A stretch of 64,000 nt of DNA from Octopus vulgaris. Its lineage: Eukaryota. The position numbers and the translations under genes are program-made. The notes beneath the pieces were generated by a model. That model was not told where the DNA came from. It saw only the letters and a program-made list of their open reading frames with translations, and did no database searches. This document shows, in pieces, positions 27,321 through 41,345 of this stretch (position 1 is its first letter; the number at the start of each line of letters is the position of its first letter). The stretch covers positions 70,494,001 through 70,558,000 of the forward strand of contig OX597822.1 in NCBI GenBank assembly GCA_951406725.2, written 5' to 3'.

Positions 27321-27941
27321 TACTACTACTACTACTACTACCGCTACTGTTGCTGCTGCTGCTGTTGTTGTTAAGCAACAAGACGGGTAAGGGTGATTAG
27401 GTGATGGTCTGGGTCTTAGAGGCGAGAGACACCAGACCTTGGAAAAAAAAAATGGTCGTCTTGCTGTAGCCGAGGGCTCTTCTTTGATGTCCAACACCAC
27501 TGGGAGGTGGCCCTCGAAGTCGCTGGAAATGGAGATCTCCAGGTCCAAATTCTTGAATGGCTGCTGCTACTACTACTACTACTACTACTACTACTGCTGC
27601 TGCTGCTACTACTACTACTACTACTACTACTACATTAGTGGTATTTGAAAGTGCTGCTGTTTATCTTAAGATGTTGTCCCTCCAGTTTGACACTAATATT
27701 GCTTCCATCTTGCCGAGCTAACAGTTGCTGTAATGTTAGAGGAAGAAATTGCTATATTGAATATACAAGACAGTACTTATATGGAATGTCTCCTGTCAAT
27801 CTGCTTTGTCATTAGATAAATATAGAATATTTTATTTTTTTCCATGAGTGTATATATATATATGCATAGCTTTTCCTCCCCACTTCTTTCCCTATCTCTC
27901 TCCCCCCATTCCCACACACTCTGTCTCATGCTCAATATTTA

Positions 27942-27994
<53 letters not shown>

Positions 27995-29839
27995 TGAGGA
28001 ATGTGGATTTTATGTTTGAGTATTTCTATGTCCATATGTGTGCATACATATGCATATGACATACTATTCCATGCAACCACAATGGGAAGTCCATACGTGT
28101 GCATGCGCGTACATACACACATGCACACAAATACACAGGTACATCATAAAGACATATGCATCAAAGTATGTTGATATGTTCGATGTTTGTAAATCTATCC
28201 CTGCCCCTTGTATGTATGTGTAATATAGTGAAATTACTGTTTCAGAAATATGTGTATATATTGAATACATTAGAAAGAGAGCGTGTATATATATATATAT
28301 ATACACATCAAGTGGCGTTAAGGCCAGAGAGGAATGTACGTGTGTGTGTGTGAGTGGTGGGAGGTGAAATAGAGTAAATATAGGAGTAATAGATACATTA
28401 AGATGTCATTTATAATATCTAGTTGTCATTTTGATTTATTTCGAAGCTCAAACCTGATGAAGCAGATTGGCCATCGATTTACAGAGTCAGCCTCTCTCAC
28501 TTATGGCAGGAACACAGATTAAATGATTGGAGAGCAAGCCACTGCCAAAAACCAGAATTTCCAGCTTCCATCCCTGACTGGTTTTTGTCTAACTCTCTCT
28601 GGCTTGCCTCTCGCTTACTTAACCTGCAATGTATGCACGTATACACACATGTATATGCATACACATACATATACACCCTGTTATATTTTATTCCTTTTCC
28701 TTTCTTGGCTCTCATGTATCCCAGCCCCTGCAGTCTGTTAGTCCAAAGGCTGGGTCCATTGTCCCCCCACTTTTTTTCTTCTTTATCCTTTAACTTCATC
28801 TCTTAGCAATTCCACTGAACCATTATTCTAATCTCCCCTCTTTGTTTTATTTCTGTATATGTGTGTGAATGTGCACACGTATATACGCGCGCGCGCGCGC
28901 GTGTGTGTGTGTGTGTATACAATGTAAAATATTGATATTTTCCTCAATTCCTACAACCTTGTGTGTGTATATATCTGTGTATATGCATCTGCATGTATGT
29001 CTGTGTGTATGTATATATATGTGTGTATGTGTGTGTGCATATGTGTGTTTTTATTTATTTATTTGTGTGTGTGTCTATATATATCTTTGTATGTATGTGT
29101 ACAGCTATGTGTATATGTATCTATCCATATATACACACATACAGCCTTTCAATTCTGCTATTGGTTAAGGAATGATGAAATCTCTCCCTGCCCCCTCTTC
29201 ACCTTCTATGCATTTTCTTTACTGTGCACTTCATCTAGCCATAATTCATTTTCTCTTCCCTATGTTTCCTAAAAAAAAAATATATATATTTGGCTTCCTA
29301 CATCATCATCATCATAATTCTTGTTATTATTATTGTTGTTGTTATTGTCATTATTGTTGACTTTCCTCATGCTGCCAGCCAGCCAGAGTGAAGTGATATC
29401 TGACATCACTTTGAAGAATCATATACATGCATCATACTTCGTTCAGTTGCAGTACAATGCATTGAGTGTACTTTGGCAGAGCAGGGCAATGCAGAATGAA
29501 CAAGGAAAAAGAAAAAAAAAAGAAACAAAAAAAAAGGGGGGAAAAAAAGAACAAAATCGCAAACAGAAAAGAGATACTCTGTGGTCAATCAACTGCAAAC
29601 TGTTACCAATTCTTGCGCGTTGCTCTCCATAAGTCTGCTGTCAATGGAATCAGTTTCTCGGAAATTATCAAAGTGGGGAAAAGTTTTTTCAAAAACAAAA
29701 ATAAAACCTGTCTTTTTTTAGCTTTTTCTCCCTTTCTTTTACTTTTGTTATTTATCATCATATTTTCAAAAGTTTTATGTGAGATTATTATTATTATTAT
29801 CATCATTATTATTATTATTATTGTTGTTGTTGTTGCTGG

Positions 29840-30022
29840 TGTTGTCGCTACAATCTTATAATAAACATAGAGGTATGGTGTTTGTGTATGTGTGTTTCTA
29901 TCAGATAGATGTGTATGTATGTGTGTACGAATGGGTATGTATGCCTGTTTATTCAAACACTTGTGTGTGTGTGTGTGTATATGCCATTTTCTTCATGTCT
30001 AGCTATATAAGTTTGCACATAT
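29840..30022 (+). repeat. Dispersed direct duplication, copy 2 (longer)
   Basis: Near-identical to 26418-26567 with an extra ~25-bp internal segment. Confidence 0.9.
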
Positions 30023-30153
30023 CATATCATCATACCTTGATACCGCGTGAATGGAGTTTCCCAACAACAGGACTCTCATACAAAATAAAATATTAAACAC
30101 TTACAATATGGATTAGCAGTTCCTGTCCTCTGGAGCTACAAGATTTGGTCGGC

Positions 30154-30675
30154 TTCTTATATTTTTCACTTGTTCAGTCATTTGTCTGTGGCCATGCTGG
30201 GGCACTGTCTTGAATTTTTTTTAGCTGAATGAATTGACCTTAATACTTTTTTAAAAAAACCTGGTACTTATTCTATAGGTTTCATTTAGCAAACCACTAA
30301 GTTACAGGGATGTAAACACACCAACACCAGTTGCCAAGTGTTAGTAGGGAACAAGTACAGACACTAAGACACACACTTAGATATATCAAGAGGAGGTGTT
30401 ATAACACTATTCCACTTATACAAAAACAGCCATACCAACAATCCAATATACTGCCATCATCAGCTGCCCCACAGATATCATAATGGTTTTGGCACCTGGG
30501 CAGTACCATTCATATAAGTTTCTTTCATTTTCTGTGTACCTAATCCACTCACAAAGTTTTGGTCAACCTGACGATTTAGTAGATGACACTTGCCCAAGGT
30601 TCCACGCTGTGGAACTGAACCCAGAACCATGTGGTCGGGAGGAAAACTTCTTACCACACAGCCCTGCCTCCACCT
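30154..30675 (-). mobile_element. SINE family A with a ~125-bp foreign insert in its central microsatellite
   Basis: 3' module 30154-30385 and head 30512-30675 are colinear with family A; 30387-30510 is unrelated. Confidence 0.8.
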
Positions 30676-30854
30676 GTATATAAATAAATTAGTTGCTTGT
30701 TTCCCTGTGATTTGTCAAGTGACATAGACACCTGATGAGGCCTCAGTAGGGCTCACAAATCAATTAATCCTTTAACATTCTGATTATTCTGTTAAATCAA
30801 AATGCTTATTTATTCACAGTGTTTTCAATTGTCTTGTCTCTTTATGGTATTCAC

Positions 30855-31160
30855 TCAGAAGGGGTTAAACTGGCTTCCATTGAGTTCATCTTATTATGGG
30901 TCAAAGCAGTCCCTGTACATCTTCCAGCAGCTGATTCTGCAGCATGTAGAAGTCATTCCTGGTTTCAGCGACGATCCCGAAAGACTTGAGAGCTGGAAAC
31001 AAGCTCCATATCTGCTTTGACTGTTGTGAGCTAACACAGGGCAGGATCTAGTGCTATTGCCTTCTGGATGAGTTCATCACGAGGCACCGCAATGCATGAC
31101 CAAACCACTGTAATCTCCTTATCAGAAGAGTTCCCTCAAGAGGTGAGAGACCGCAGTGAG
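30855..31160 (-). pseudogene. RTE-clade LINE ORF C-terminal remnant
   Basis: Minus-strand translation LLIRRLQWFGHALR (RTE RRLRWFGH motif), then KADMELVSSSQVFRDRR*NQE*. Confidence 0.85.
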
Positions 31161-31175
31161 CATAAAACTTATCGT

Positions 31176-31356
31176 AAAGCGTATTTTCAATTAATCATGC
31201 ATTACCTCATAAGTTTTGAAATTTTGATGATGTGATTGCTTATTCTTGGAATGACATTGTAGGATAGGTGTAAGAGACCAGATCTGGCCAGTTTGAATAG
31301 AAAACAGGTAGAATATTTTGTGCTGGATATGATCAGTTTAAAGGGCAATGGGTTAA
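31176..31356 (-). mobile_element. TTAA-type MITE family 2, partial
   Basis: Reverse complement of the 13664 and 14471 copies; ends GGGTTAA. Confidence 0.65.
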
Positions 31357-33133
31357 TGCTATTCATTATTTTTACAATCTATGAAAAAAATAGGTAAACT
31401 TGACTTGTTTTGTATCTGTTGTGTAAGTTTACACAAATATTATTGGCAGGGGATTTGAAATGATGATAAAAGACAGTTGTATAAGATGCTGCATAGTGGT
31501 GATTGAACCAGTAACATCATGACTGCGAGGCAAACTTCTTAGCCGGTTGGCCATCACGTTTGTGAAATGATGGTGGGAGATGAAAACAGTGGAAATTGTA
31601 CCTGTGATTCAAAGGGCCAGGCTATGTCACACTTTGTCACACTGATTCTGCCCTGCTTTCAGGATGAGGTGAAGGGTATAATTGTCTAAGGAATTTTCAG
31701 TTTTCAGCATTAAAGTTTAATCATTTTCTAGGTCAGCTGATCGAACAGCTCTAATATTAATCATTGGAACTGTCTGAGATCGATTTAGTTACTTACATTC
31801 CCCCACATACTCACACACACACACACACACTTGTGTGTTTCCATGCGCACACATACACACATATTTACACGCACACACACACTTTACACTATATGTGCAT
31901 ACAACATTCAAACATATAACACATGCACATTACACTACATATGCATACAATATTCAAATATTTTCAATATAAACAAACACACACACACATGCACATTAAT
32001 ATGTCTGCATACATACTTGTATGTATGCGTAAAACAGGGCCATATATTTCTTGTAGACTTCCCCTACTGTTTCTGACTTACCTCTGAAGATTTTTCAGAT
32101 TATTTCTTATCTTTCATTCCATACATATATTTTCTCTTTCACTTGTTCATTTAGACAACTTTTTTGTAACTTATTTTTTTGCACCTTTATTATGTTTTAC
32201 CTTCTATCATGATATTTTATCCATTTAACTTTTGTGTGTGTACGTGTAGCAGGTCTCTCTCTTTCTCTCTCTGTACACACATACATAGAATCGTCCTGTG
32301 TGCACATGTACATATACACATAAGCATGGCTATATTCACAAGCCTATGTTTTTGTATGTGTATGTGAACATGCACTCATGCATGCATACAACCACACACA
32401 CACACACTTACACTCACACGTGTGTGTGTATTTGTTCATTCGTTTTATGTCTGTTTCCCATGTAGCATGAGTTAGACAAATGCACAGTTACACATAAGCA
32501 TACATGTTCTTGTGTTCATGCATACACTCACACATATACATACCTACATACATACATACATACATACATACATGTGGGTGTGTGTATGTATATTTGCCAT
32601 TTGTTTTATGCCTGTTTTCCATGTTTGCATGAGTTGGGAGAGATATATGTTATTCAAGCAATGTTTTACGCTGGGATACTCTTCCTGTTGCTAACCTTTA
32701 CCTGTTTTTGCTAGAAAGTGGGTCTTCATTTCACTCATCTCCAGGAAGTATGGATTGAAGACTATAGAGCTATCAGCCAAATTTATTAATAAAGGAATGT
32801 TGATATCTGTACACTTTTTCAGGTAAAGTGTAAAAAGTGAACATTCATGCACACACACACACATGTGCACACACACATGTGCACACACACGCACTATAGG
32901 CTTTGTACCGCTCTCACCTACCAAATTCACTATCAAGGCAATAGTTTGGCTTAGGTCAGCACTTGCCAAAGATGCCACACAATGGGATGGTACCTGGAAG
33001 CATGTGGCTGCAAAATTAACTTTTCAACCATGTAGCCATGAAGCACACATGTATGCACACTCGTTAAATGATGATGATATATGCATGGATATGTGTATAT
33101 GCATATATGTGTGTATGTATGTACATGTGTGTG

Positions 33134-33171
<38 letters not shown>

Positions 33172-33269
33172 TCTATGTATATATCTGCATATACTTATGT
33201 ATTTGTTATATACATGTATGTTTTTACATTTATGCATATGTATGTACCTGTGTTTATACATTTATTATC

Positions 33270-33312
<43 letters not shown>

Positions 33313-33381
33313 TGCATATATACATTTCGGTGTGAATGGTTTTGTTAAGCGATATCGAGTTTTACAATTCTGTTAATAATG

Positions 33382-33548
33382 ATAATAATGGTATTTTTTT
33401 TATAAGCTTAAAACTTATAGCAGTCACTTTGCAAATGACTAAGGCTTCAATGCAGTTTCCATCTTATATGCCCCATTATTATTAGACTTTTTTTTTAGTC
33501 ATTTGCATGGTGATTGCTTTAAGCTTATAAAAAAATACCATTATTATT
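33382..33548. repeat. Inverted repeat (~55-60-bp arms) built from the 3' body of the 1219-1357 repeat
   Basis: ATAATAATGGTATTTTTTTTATAAGCTTAAA...GCAAATGACTAA versus TTAGTCATTTGC...TTTAAGCTTATAAAAAAATACCATTATTAT. Confidence 0.85.
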
Positions 33549-33707
33549 ATATTATACACACACACACACATAAATATCTGTGTACGTTTGTATATTTTGT
33601 GTATGTGTGTGTGTGTGTTTTACATATGTATCTGTATATGCTTGTGTAAGTATAAAATGAATATGTGTATGTGCATGCATGTCCACAGGCACACACATAC
33701 TCTTACC

Positions 33708-34020
33708 AAAAATTAATTGAAAGAAGAACAGAGCATCTCAATAGAAATATGGTAACAAAAGGGTTAAAATGTATAATAGAGAAACAATTCTCAACGCTTT
33801 TAATACAAACTTGCCTAAAACCGTCTCTGGTTCTGTAGTACAAACGTCTTGTTTCCAAAAGTTCTGAATTAAAATCTTCCATCAAACCTTAGTCACAATT
33901 TATGTTCCTAACACTAGCTTAATGACAACTAAGTTATTTTACAAAATTCTTTGTTATATTTAAAATTAATTGAAAGAAACACAAAGCATCTCAACAGAAA
34001 TATGGTAACAAAAGGGTTAA
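33708..34020 (+). mobile_element. TTAA MITE family 1 dimer with 5'-truncated first unit
   Basis: Unit end AAAAGGGTTAA at 33767, linker AATGTATAATAGAGAAACAATTC 33768-33790, complete second unit to 34020. Confidence 0.9.
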
Positions 34021-34259
34021 AAAAAAAGAATTCTTGCTGAACCACTAACTGTTATGGATGCTAAGAAACCAAATTCCTTCTTAGTGGTGCAGTTGTGATG
34101 CATGTGTGCACATGTATACACATGCACACACACACAAACATGACATGCTTCTATGCAGTTTCTATCTTAACACTTTCTCTCACATGCCACACAGTTGGAT
34201 TGAACCATAGATCATCTGGTTACAAGTCAAGCTTCTTAACTTCAACATCAATGTCTGCA

Positions 34260-34309
<50 letters not shown>

Positions 34310-34902
34310 CACACATATATACAAACATCATGTTTTTTGTGTATGTATATATATATATGTATCTATAAACTCTTTTAAATCTAAGAATTTCTATAATCAA
34401 GTTTTCATTTATTAATTTTTTTTTCTCTGTTTACCAAACAATTAATGCATAATAATTTTGGATCAGGGTGGGAATAATAATTCTGAAGCATAAGCCTTTG
34501 TCTGCAGAAAGTGAAGTGGGTGGGTTGTTGGGTGGGGTGGGGTGGGGGGTAGTTGAACTATTGAAATACTGAAGGAGCAGAACCAGCCATGCCAACAATA
34601 AACAAAAAAGAAAAAAAAAAAGAGAAAGATATTGCAGCTGTTAATAATAGTGGATGATGACAATGATTGTGATGATGGTGATGATGACAATGATGATTTG
34701 TGATGCTAGTGCTACTGCTGATGTTAATGCTGTTGATGATGATAATAATAATGATGATTGTGATGATAATGTTGATGTTAGTAACGACAATTGCAATGAC
34801 AATGTTGATGATGATGATGATGATATAATTCTTTGTTATTGTTATTGTTATTTTGATTGTCATTATTATTTTCATTGTCATCATCATCATCATCATTATT
34901 AA

Positions 34903-35117
34903 GACGGCAAGCTGGCAGAATCGTTAGCACTCTGGATGAAATAAATTCTTAGTGGTATTTTGCCCGTCGCTACATTCTGAGTTCAAATTCCACTGAGGTC
35001 GACTTTGCCTTTCACCCTTTCGGGGGTCGATTAAATAAAGTACCAGTTGCGTACTGGAGTCGATCAAATTGACAGGCCTCCCCCTCCCCCATAATTTTTG
35101 TGCCTATAGTAGAAAGA

Positions 35118-35182
<65 letters not shown>
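34903..35182 (+). mobile_element. SINE family B with long (ATT)n tail
   Basis: GGCAAGCTGGCAGAATCGTTAGCAC head; GTCGACTTTGCCTTTCACCCTTTCGGGGGTCGAT; TTGTGCCTATAGTAGAAAG followed by (ATT)n. Confidence 0.85.
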
Positions 35183-35344
35183 CATCAGCATCATCATGAT
35201 TATTATTATCATTATTATTATCACCATCAGCATAATCATCATGATTATTATTCTTATTATTATCCTCATCATCATCATTATAAGCTGTTGAAATAGTTGA
35301 TAAATGTTCAGTAAGACTTATTCTAAAAGCAAGGGTTAGAAAAG

Positions 35345-35404
<60 letters not shown>

Positions 35405-37063
35405 TAGAGAGATATGTAGTTGTTATGGTAGTTATTGTTGCTAATGGTTTGTTAAGGTAAAGCATCAAGGAGTTGGGGGGTTGGCGGTGGGGGGTGGGTG
35501 GGGGAGGTAAGGGAAGAGTGGTGGAATGGTTTATATATGAGTCATTTGCTAAACATTCTGTATTGTGTTCCACCAGCTAAGTCAGTGTAGTGGTTGGTTT
35601 TGTGAAGTGTGTATGTGCATGTGTGTGTGTGTGTGGTTCTGGAGAAATGGTGTGCAAAGAAAGGAGGCAGTATTGATGGTTTTGCAGTGGTGGCCGTGTT
35701 AGTCGTGGTGGTGAAATGAGTGTGTTATTTGAAGGGGGAATGTGCATGCAATAGCAGCAGTCAAATATAAGTGCCGTCGTCGTCATCATCATCATCATTG
35801 TCATCATCACTACCACCGCCGCCACCACCACCAGCATCACCACAATGACCATTGCCATCATTGTCATTCCATCATCACCACCACTGGACAAATATAAAAA
35901 CAATCTATTACTGTTCAGATGCACACATGCATGTGCACACATACAGACGCACTCACATGCATAAAGTCTCTCTCTCCACCCTTTTTCCACCTCTCTTTTC
36001 ATCCCTGTTTGTTCCCTATTTCTACTTTTACTAGCTCCCTGTATTAATTCTTTTCAATTTCTATCCCTTCACCATCAATCACCATACACACACACACACA
36101 AACTGCTGCTGATGCTGCCACACCCCATAATGCCCCTCACCCTGGTCACGGGCTTCCTCTCCTTTGCCCTTCCCCTCCCTCACTATATCCTCCACTATTT
36201 ATTCATTCCCATCATTTATTTGGTCACTTATTCCTTTTCTGTTCCCAGCTCCCTCCTCTCTTTTATCACTGTCCATGGGGTAGTATTGACCACCCACCCA
36301 TCCATCCATTCACTCACAAACCCACCCATGCACCCACCCACACATTTCCCTGCTGCACCATTCTTGCCATTTCTCTGCACCACTAGATTTAGCTTGCACC
36401 CCACTCCTTGCACCCTATGAAATACGCTGTGTACCCCTATCTCTCGTGTCTGTTTGTTTGTCTCTCTCTTTCTCTCCCTTTTCATCCCTTCTTGTCTCTC
36501 TCTCTCTCTCTCTTCTCATCTTTTCTTGTCTCTCTCCCTTTTTCACTCCCTTCTTGTTGCTCCATCTCTCTTCACCCTTTCTTGTCTGCCTGCCTGCCTG
36601 CCTCTCTCTCTCCAATCCTTCTTCCCTCTCTCTATCTCTCTCTCTCTCTCTCTGTCCTCTCCTACCCATCCATTCCCATATCATGAATTCCTGAATTTCT
36701 ATGTTTTATTTCAAGTGAAGATGTGTTGGGTTTTTCTGTTTTACGCATTCTGTCTCCCTGTCTAGCCTCCTCTTTCCGTGTCTCTCTCACATAATGGTTA
36801 TATACGAGCATCACATGTATATGTTTGTGTATGAACATGTGCATGCATGTGTATGTGCGTGCGTTTGTGCCTGTGTGCTGTGTATCCAAGACTGCATGTG
36901 TATGTCCATGTGTGCAAAGACGTAGATGGGAAGCGCTTACATAACTGTATGCACGTGTACGTATCTGTGCATGAAACTAAGTCTGTATGTGTGTGCACAC
37001 ACGCACACACACACATACACAGAGCTACAGATACACCCGCATGCTTTTACATATAGATATCCA

Positions 37064-37470
37064 CAGGAGAAGCTGTGTGGTAAGTAGCTTGCTCACCAAC
37101 CACATGGTTCTGGGTTCAGTTCCACTGTGTGGCACCCTGGGCAAGTGTCTTCTACTGTAGACTCGCGCCGACCAAAGCCTTGTGAGTGGATATGGTAGAC
37201 GGAAACTGGAAGAAGCCTGTACCATGTGCGTGTGTGTATATGTTTGTGTATCTGTGCTTGTCCTCCCACCATCACTTGATAAGTGGTGTTGGTGTGTTTA
37301 CGTCCCCGTAAATATGCAGTTCAGCAAAAGAGAACCGATAGAATAAGTACTAGGCTTACAAAGAATAAGTCCTGGGGCCAATTTATTCGCCTAAAAGGCG
37401 GTGCTCCAGCATGGCCGCAGTCAAATGACTGAAACAAGTAAAGGAATATAAAAGCATAAAAATAAAAGAA
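37064..37470 (+). mobile_element. SINE family A, full-length
   Basis: Colinear with 779-1200. Confidence 0.9.
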
Positions 37471-39042
37471 TACACATGCGCGCATACACACACACTTGAT
37501 GCACTTATTTTGTTTCACTGTCCACACTTTATCATCATTGTTTCCGCTCTTCCTTACTTACTCTCCTTCCATCAGCAGTTAAAACCACACACACACACAC
37601 ACACACACATGTGCGCGCAAGGCTAATATTTCCTCTCTTTTTCCTATTTACCTCTCATCTATACCATTCTATTCCAGTCCCTTCTCTGCAATCCCTACCT
37701 CCTTCTTCCTCATATATTTCCCCTTGTCTTAACAGGGCTCCTACACCTTTCCCTCCTCCCTACACTTCCGTTATTACTCCCCCCCCTGCCGCTTCAGACA
37801 TCCTCACTCATAGAATACTCCTCCTCCCCTCACTCCCAAGCAGTTACTCACATAGCTTCTTCCTTCCCTTCCCACCACTCCATCTCTGCTATTAATTACT
37901 CATGTTTTCCTATCATCTCCTTCTGCTTCCTCTTCCTCCCTTTTGTCTTCTCTTTTTCTCCTCCCACCTCCTCCTGCCATCACTTATCTCTTAGCTACTC
38001 CCCATCATCCTCTCTGCTTTAAAAAAAAAAGAACAACAAAAGCAATAACAAAAAAAAAAACACCCTCTCTACTCAATTTCTTAATCTTCTCCTTTGCCAT
38101 CCTCACACCTTGCTATTAATTACTGGTTAATCCCCCTACTCCTCCCTTGAAGCAGGGAAGTATATACTCCCCCCCCCCTCTCTCTCTCTCTCTCTCTCCC
38201 ACTCTCTCCTTTTGTATTTGACCATAATTACCTCCCCTCTTTTCCAATTTGTTCTTACCTCCTACCACACCCTCCTTGATATCACTTATGCTAACTCTTG
38301 TTGCTATTTATTCAGTTGCTATCCACCTCTGCTTTCATCATTTAATATCAGCCAGACTGGACAGACACGTAAGATGTTTGGCCAGTGTGTCGTGTTTTGT
38401 CTGTAGTGTTTGGCTATGGTTATCCAATCCTTATTTTAGCTTTTGTCATTCAATCCTTACATGCTTAGACACCAGTCTTTACACATCAATCAATCTTATA
38501 TCTACACACACACACACACACACACGTGCATACATACACATGCGCGTGCACACATACAGGACTCTGCTTAAGAGAAGGGAGGAAAAAAAAAGAAAAAGAA
38601 TGAAAATAAGATTTAATGCCATTCTAGTAGTTCATCAACACAACCTTTTGCCAATATTAAGGTCATCTAGCTCCCTTTTGTAAGCAGTAAATATATCAAA
38701 ACTAATCAGGGAGTTTAGTTGTACAAGAATTGCCTCTGCTTGGCTCTCGTCTCTCTATATCCCTGTTGCTGAAACGAAATAAATTACAAATCATTCAAAA
38801 CAACAGTTTATGATTATCGTCATCTCCACACTTGATGGATCGCATGCGCACACTGCAGACGGAAAGTTCTCTGATTTCGAAGACAGCGTGGATTGATACA
38901 CAAAGGAAGTAATTCATTTTTGGAGCTTGATTTAGTTCCCCGCATGCCAAAGCAGACACTAAAGTACAATGCCCTCTTGCAATCTACCGGATGCTGTCAA
39001 TATCTGTCCAACCCATGCCAGCATGGAGTGAACATGACTGCA

Positions 39043-39474
39043 GGTACAGGCATAGCTGTGTGGTTGAGAAGCTTGCTTCCCAACTATTTGGTTTCAGGTT
39101 CAGACACACTGCATGGTTCTTTGGCCTGGTGTTTCCTACCACATGCCCAGGGCAACCAAAGCCTTGTGAATGGATTTGGTAGATGGAAACTGAAAGAAGC
39201 CTGTCGTGTATATGCGCGCGTGCACAAACACACATGCACACATACACATTTATATATCTATTTGTGTGTCGTTGTGCTTGTACCCCACCACCACATGACA
39301 ACTAGTGTTGGTTTGTTTACATTCCTGTAACTTAGTGGTTCAGCAGAAAGGATCAACAGAATAAGTACTAGTCTTTAAAAAATAAGTACATGGGTTGATG
39401 TTATGAAATAAATTCTCAAGGTGGTGCCCTGGCACAGCCACAGTCCATAACTGAAACAAGTGAAAAGTTAAAGG
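39043..39474 (+). mobile_element. SINE family A, diverged full-length
   Basis: Colinear with 779-1200. Confidence 0.85.
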
Positions 39475-39809
39475 ATGATGATGATGATGACAGCAGTGGT
39501 GGCTTCTCCTCTAAACAAGATATGAAAGCAACATATTAGAACGTTGCTATTCCTGTTGTTGCTCCATTGCAAAGGCCACGCTTTTGCCCTATAAAATAAC
39601 ACCTTTCCACGTCTGTCACACCTTTCCCCCGTTTACTCCACTGCTCTTGTCATCTTATCATCTCTGTCCCAGTTATTATACCTCACTTCTCTGGTCTCAC
39701 CTGTTCTTATTTATTCACCACACCAACACGCCCACTTCTTTCTACCACATCTCTGGTCATCCTTATCTCTGTACACAGGATTTTTAACCTGTTTTCTCAT
39801 CTCACGATA

Positions 39810-39822
39810 GGCACAGTTATGG

Positions 39823-39860
<38 letters not shown>

Positions 39861-40001
39861 TTAAGAAGCTTACTTCTGAAGCTTGTGGTCTTCAGTTCAG
39901 TCCCACTGTGTATCATTTTGGGCAAGTGTTTTCTTTTGAAGTCCTGGGTCAACTAAAACCTTGTGAGTGGATTTCATTGATGGAAACTGAAAGAAGCTCA
40001 T

Positions 40002-40058
<57 letters not shown>

Positions 40059-40161
40059 CTAGACGTTTTGTAATGGTTATAAATGAGCTTCCTCAAATGT
40101 GGTCATTCGTTTCCAGTTCTCCATGAAGATATGGAAAACTGAATGTTAAATGGTGATGATG
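39810..40161 (+). mobile_element. SINE with family A head and an alternative 3' module
   Basis: Family A head through GGAAACTGAAAGAAGC, (GT)n, then GGTTATAAATGAG... ending ATGGAAAACTGAATGTTAAATGGTGATGATG; module similar to 59997-60192. Confidence 0.6.
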
Positions 40162-40774
40162 AGCGGACAGTTCTTTAACATTTCTCTTTTATTTTTTACA
40201 CACCAAATGGAATCCTTTGCCTTCCCCCACCCTTCTCTCGAAAGCTTAGCTATTTCTCCTCTACTTCTCGCTTATTTCATTGTCACCATTATTCCCTTCT
40301 GCCATCACCCCCCCTCCAACACCACTACCCCCCCCCCCCACCACCACGCTTCTGTAGCAGTAGCAATCACATTTTCCTATCATCCTACACTCTTGCAGAA
40401 ATTATTTCTAATTACTCTGCAGAATATTTTGTTACTTGTGTGGAAATTCCAAGCTGGGAAATTGAAGAAATCTCAAGAAGTCTCTTTATTGAATGTAGAA
40501 TTTCTGATTTAAAGTTGTCAGTATAAATTGTACTTCATGTCTGTAGATTTGTAAACTGCCAAACTTTGTTTGATAGTTTCCTTATTAGATTGATACTCCA
40601 CTGCTTTCTCTACAGCTGCTATTGTCACTGCTCTTATTATTTAATCTCAGATCGTGTCTATGTGCTAAGGCACTCCATAAGTGACCATCTCATATTCTGT
40701 TACAGTGATGTTTCTATGACTACGTTATACAATGTGTTCCACATTTTTTAACATCTTTATATATTTTTTGTATG

Positions 40775-41004
40775 TTTTATCTTTAACTTGTTTCATTTAT
40801 TGGATTATGGTCAGACTGGAGCATTGCTCTGTCAGCTTTCAATCGAACAAATCAATCCCAGTATTATTATGCGGTACTTATTTTATTACTCTTTTTTGTC
40901 AAACTGTTAAGTTAGAGGGATGAAAACAAACCAACACTTGTAGTCAAGTGGTAGTGGTGGTGGAGAACAAACACAAAAACAGATACACACATTCATGCAT
41001 GCAT

Positions 41005-41038
<34 letters not shown>

Positions 41039-41345
41039 GTTTGGTTTCTATGATATATACATATTCTATCCCGCTCTATTGCTGAATCACTGCTATAGGG
41101 ATGTAAACAAACCAATACCGGTAGTCAGGTAGTAGTAATGATGGCAACAAACTGAAAGACAGACAGGCACACACACACACCATGGATTTTCATCCATGTC
41201 TGTCTACCGAATTCATTGGAAAGGCATTGGTTAGCTGAGGGCTTCAGTAGAAGATGTCCAAGGTGCATGACACTTTGGGCAGGTGTCTTCTCGTATAGCC
41301 TGAAATTACTTGGTTGCAAGGTGAGCATTTTAACTACATAATACC
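40775..41345 (-). mobile_element. Two adjacent decayed SINE family A fragments
   Basis: 3' module at 40775-40990; second partial copy 41070-41345 with AAACAAACCAATAC and CTACCGAATTCA. Confidence 0.65.

Noticed and set aside
30728-30760. CTGATGA plus a short stem, resembling a + strand hammerhead (also at 28454)
   Set aside because: No GAAA after stem II and no stem III or cleavage site
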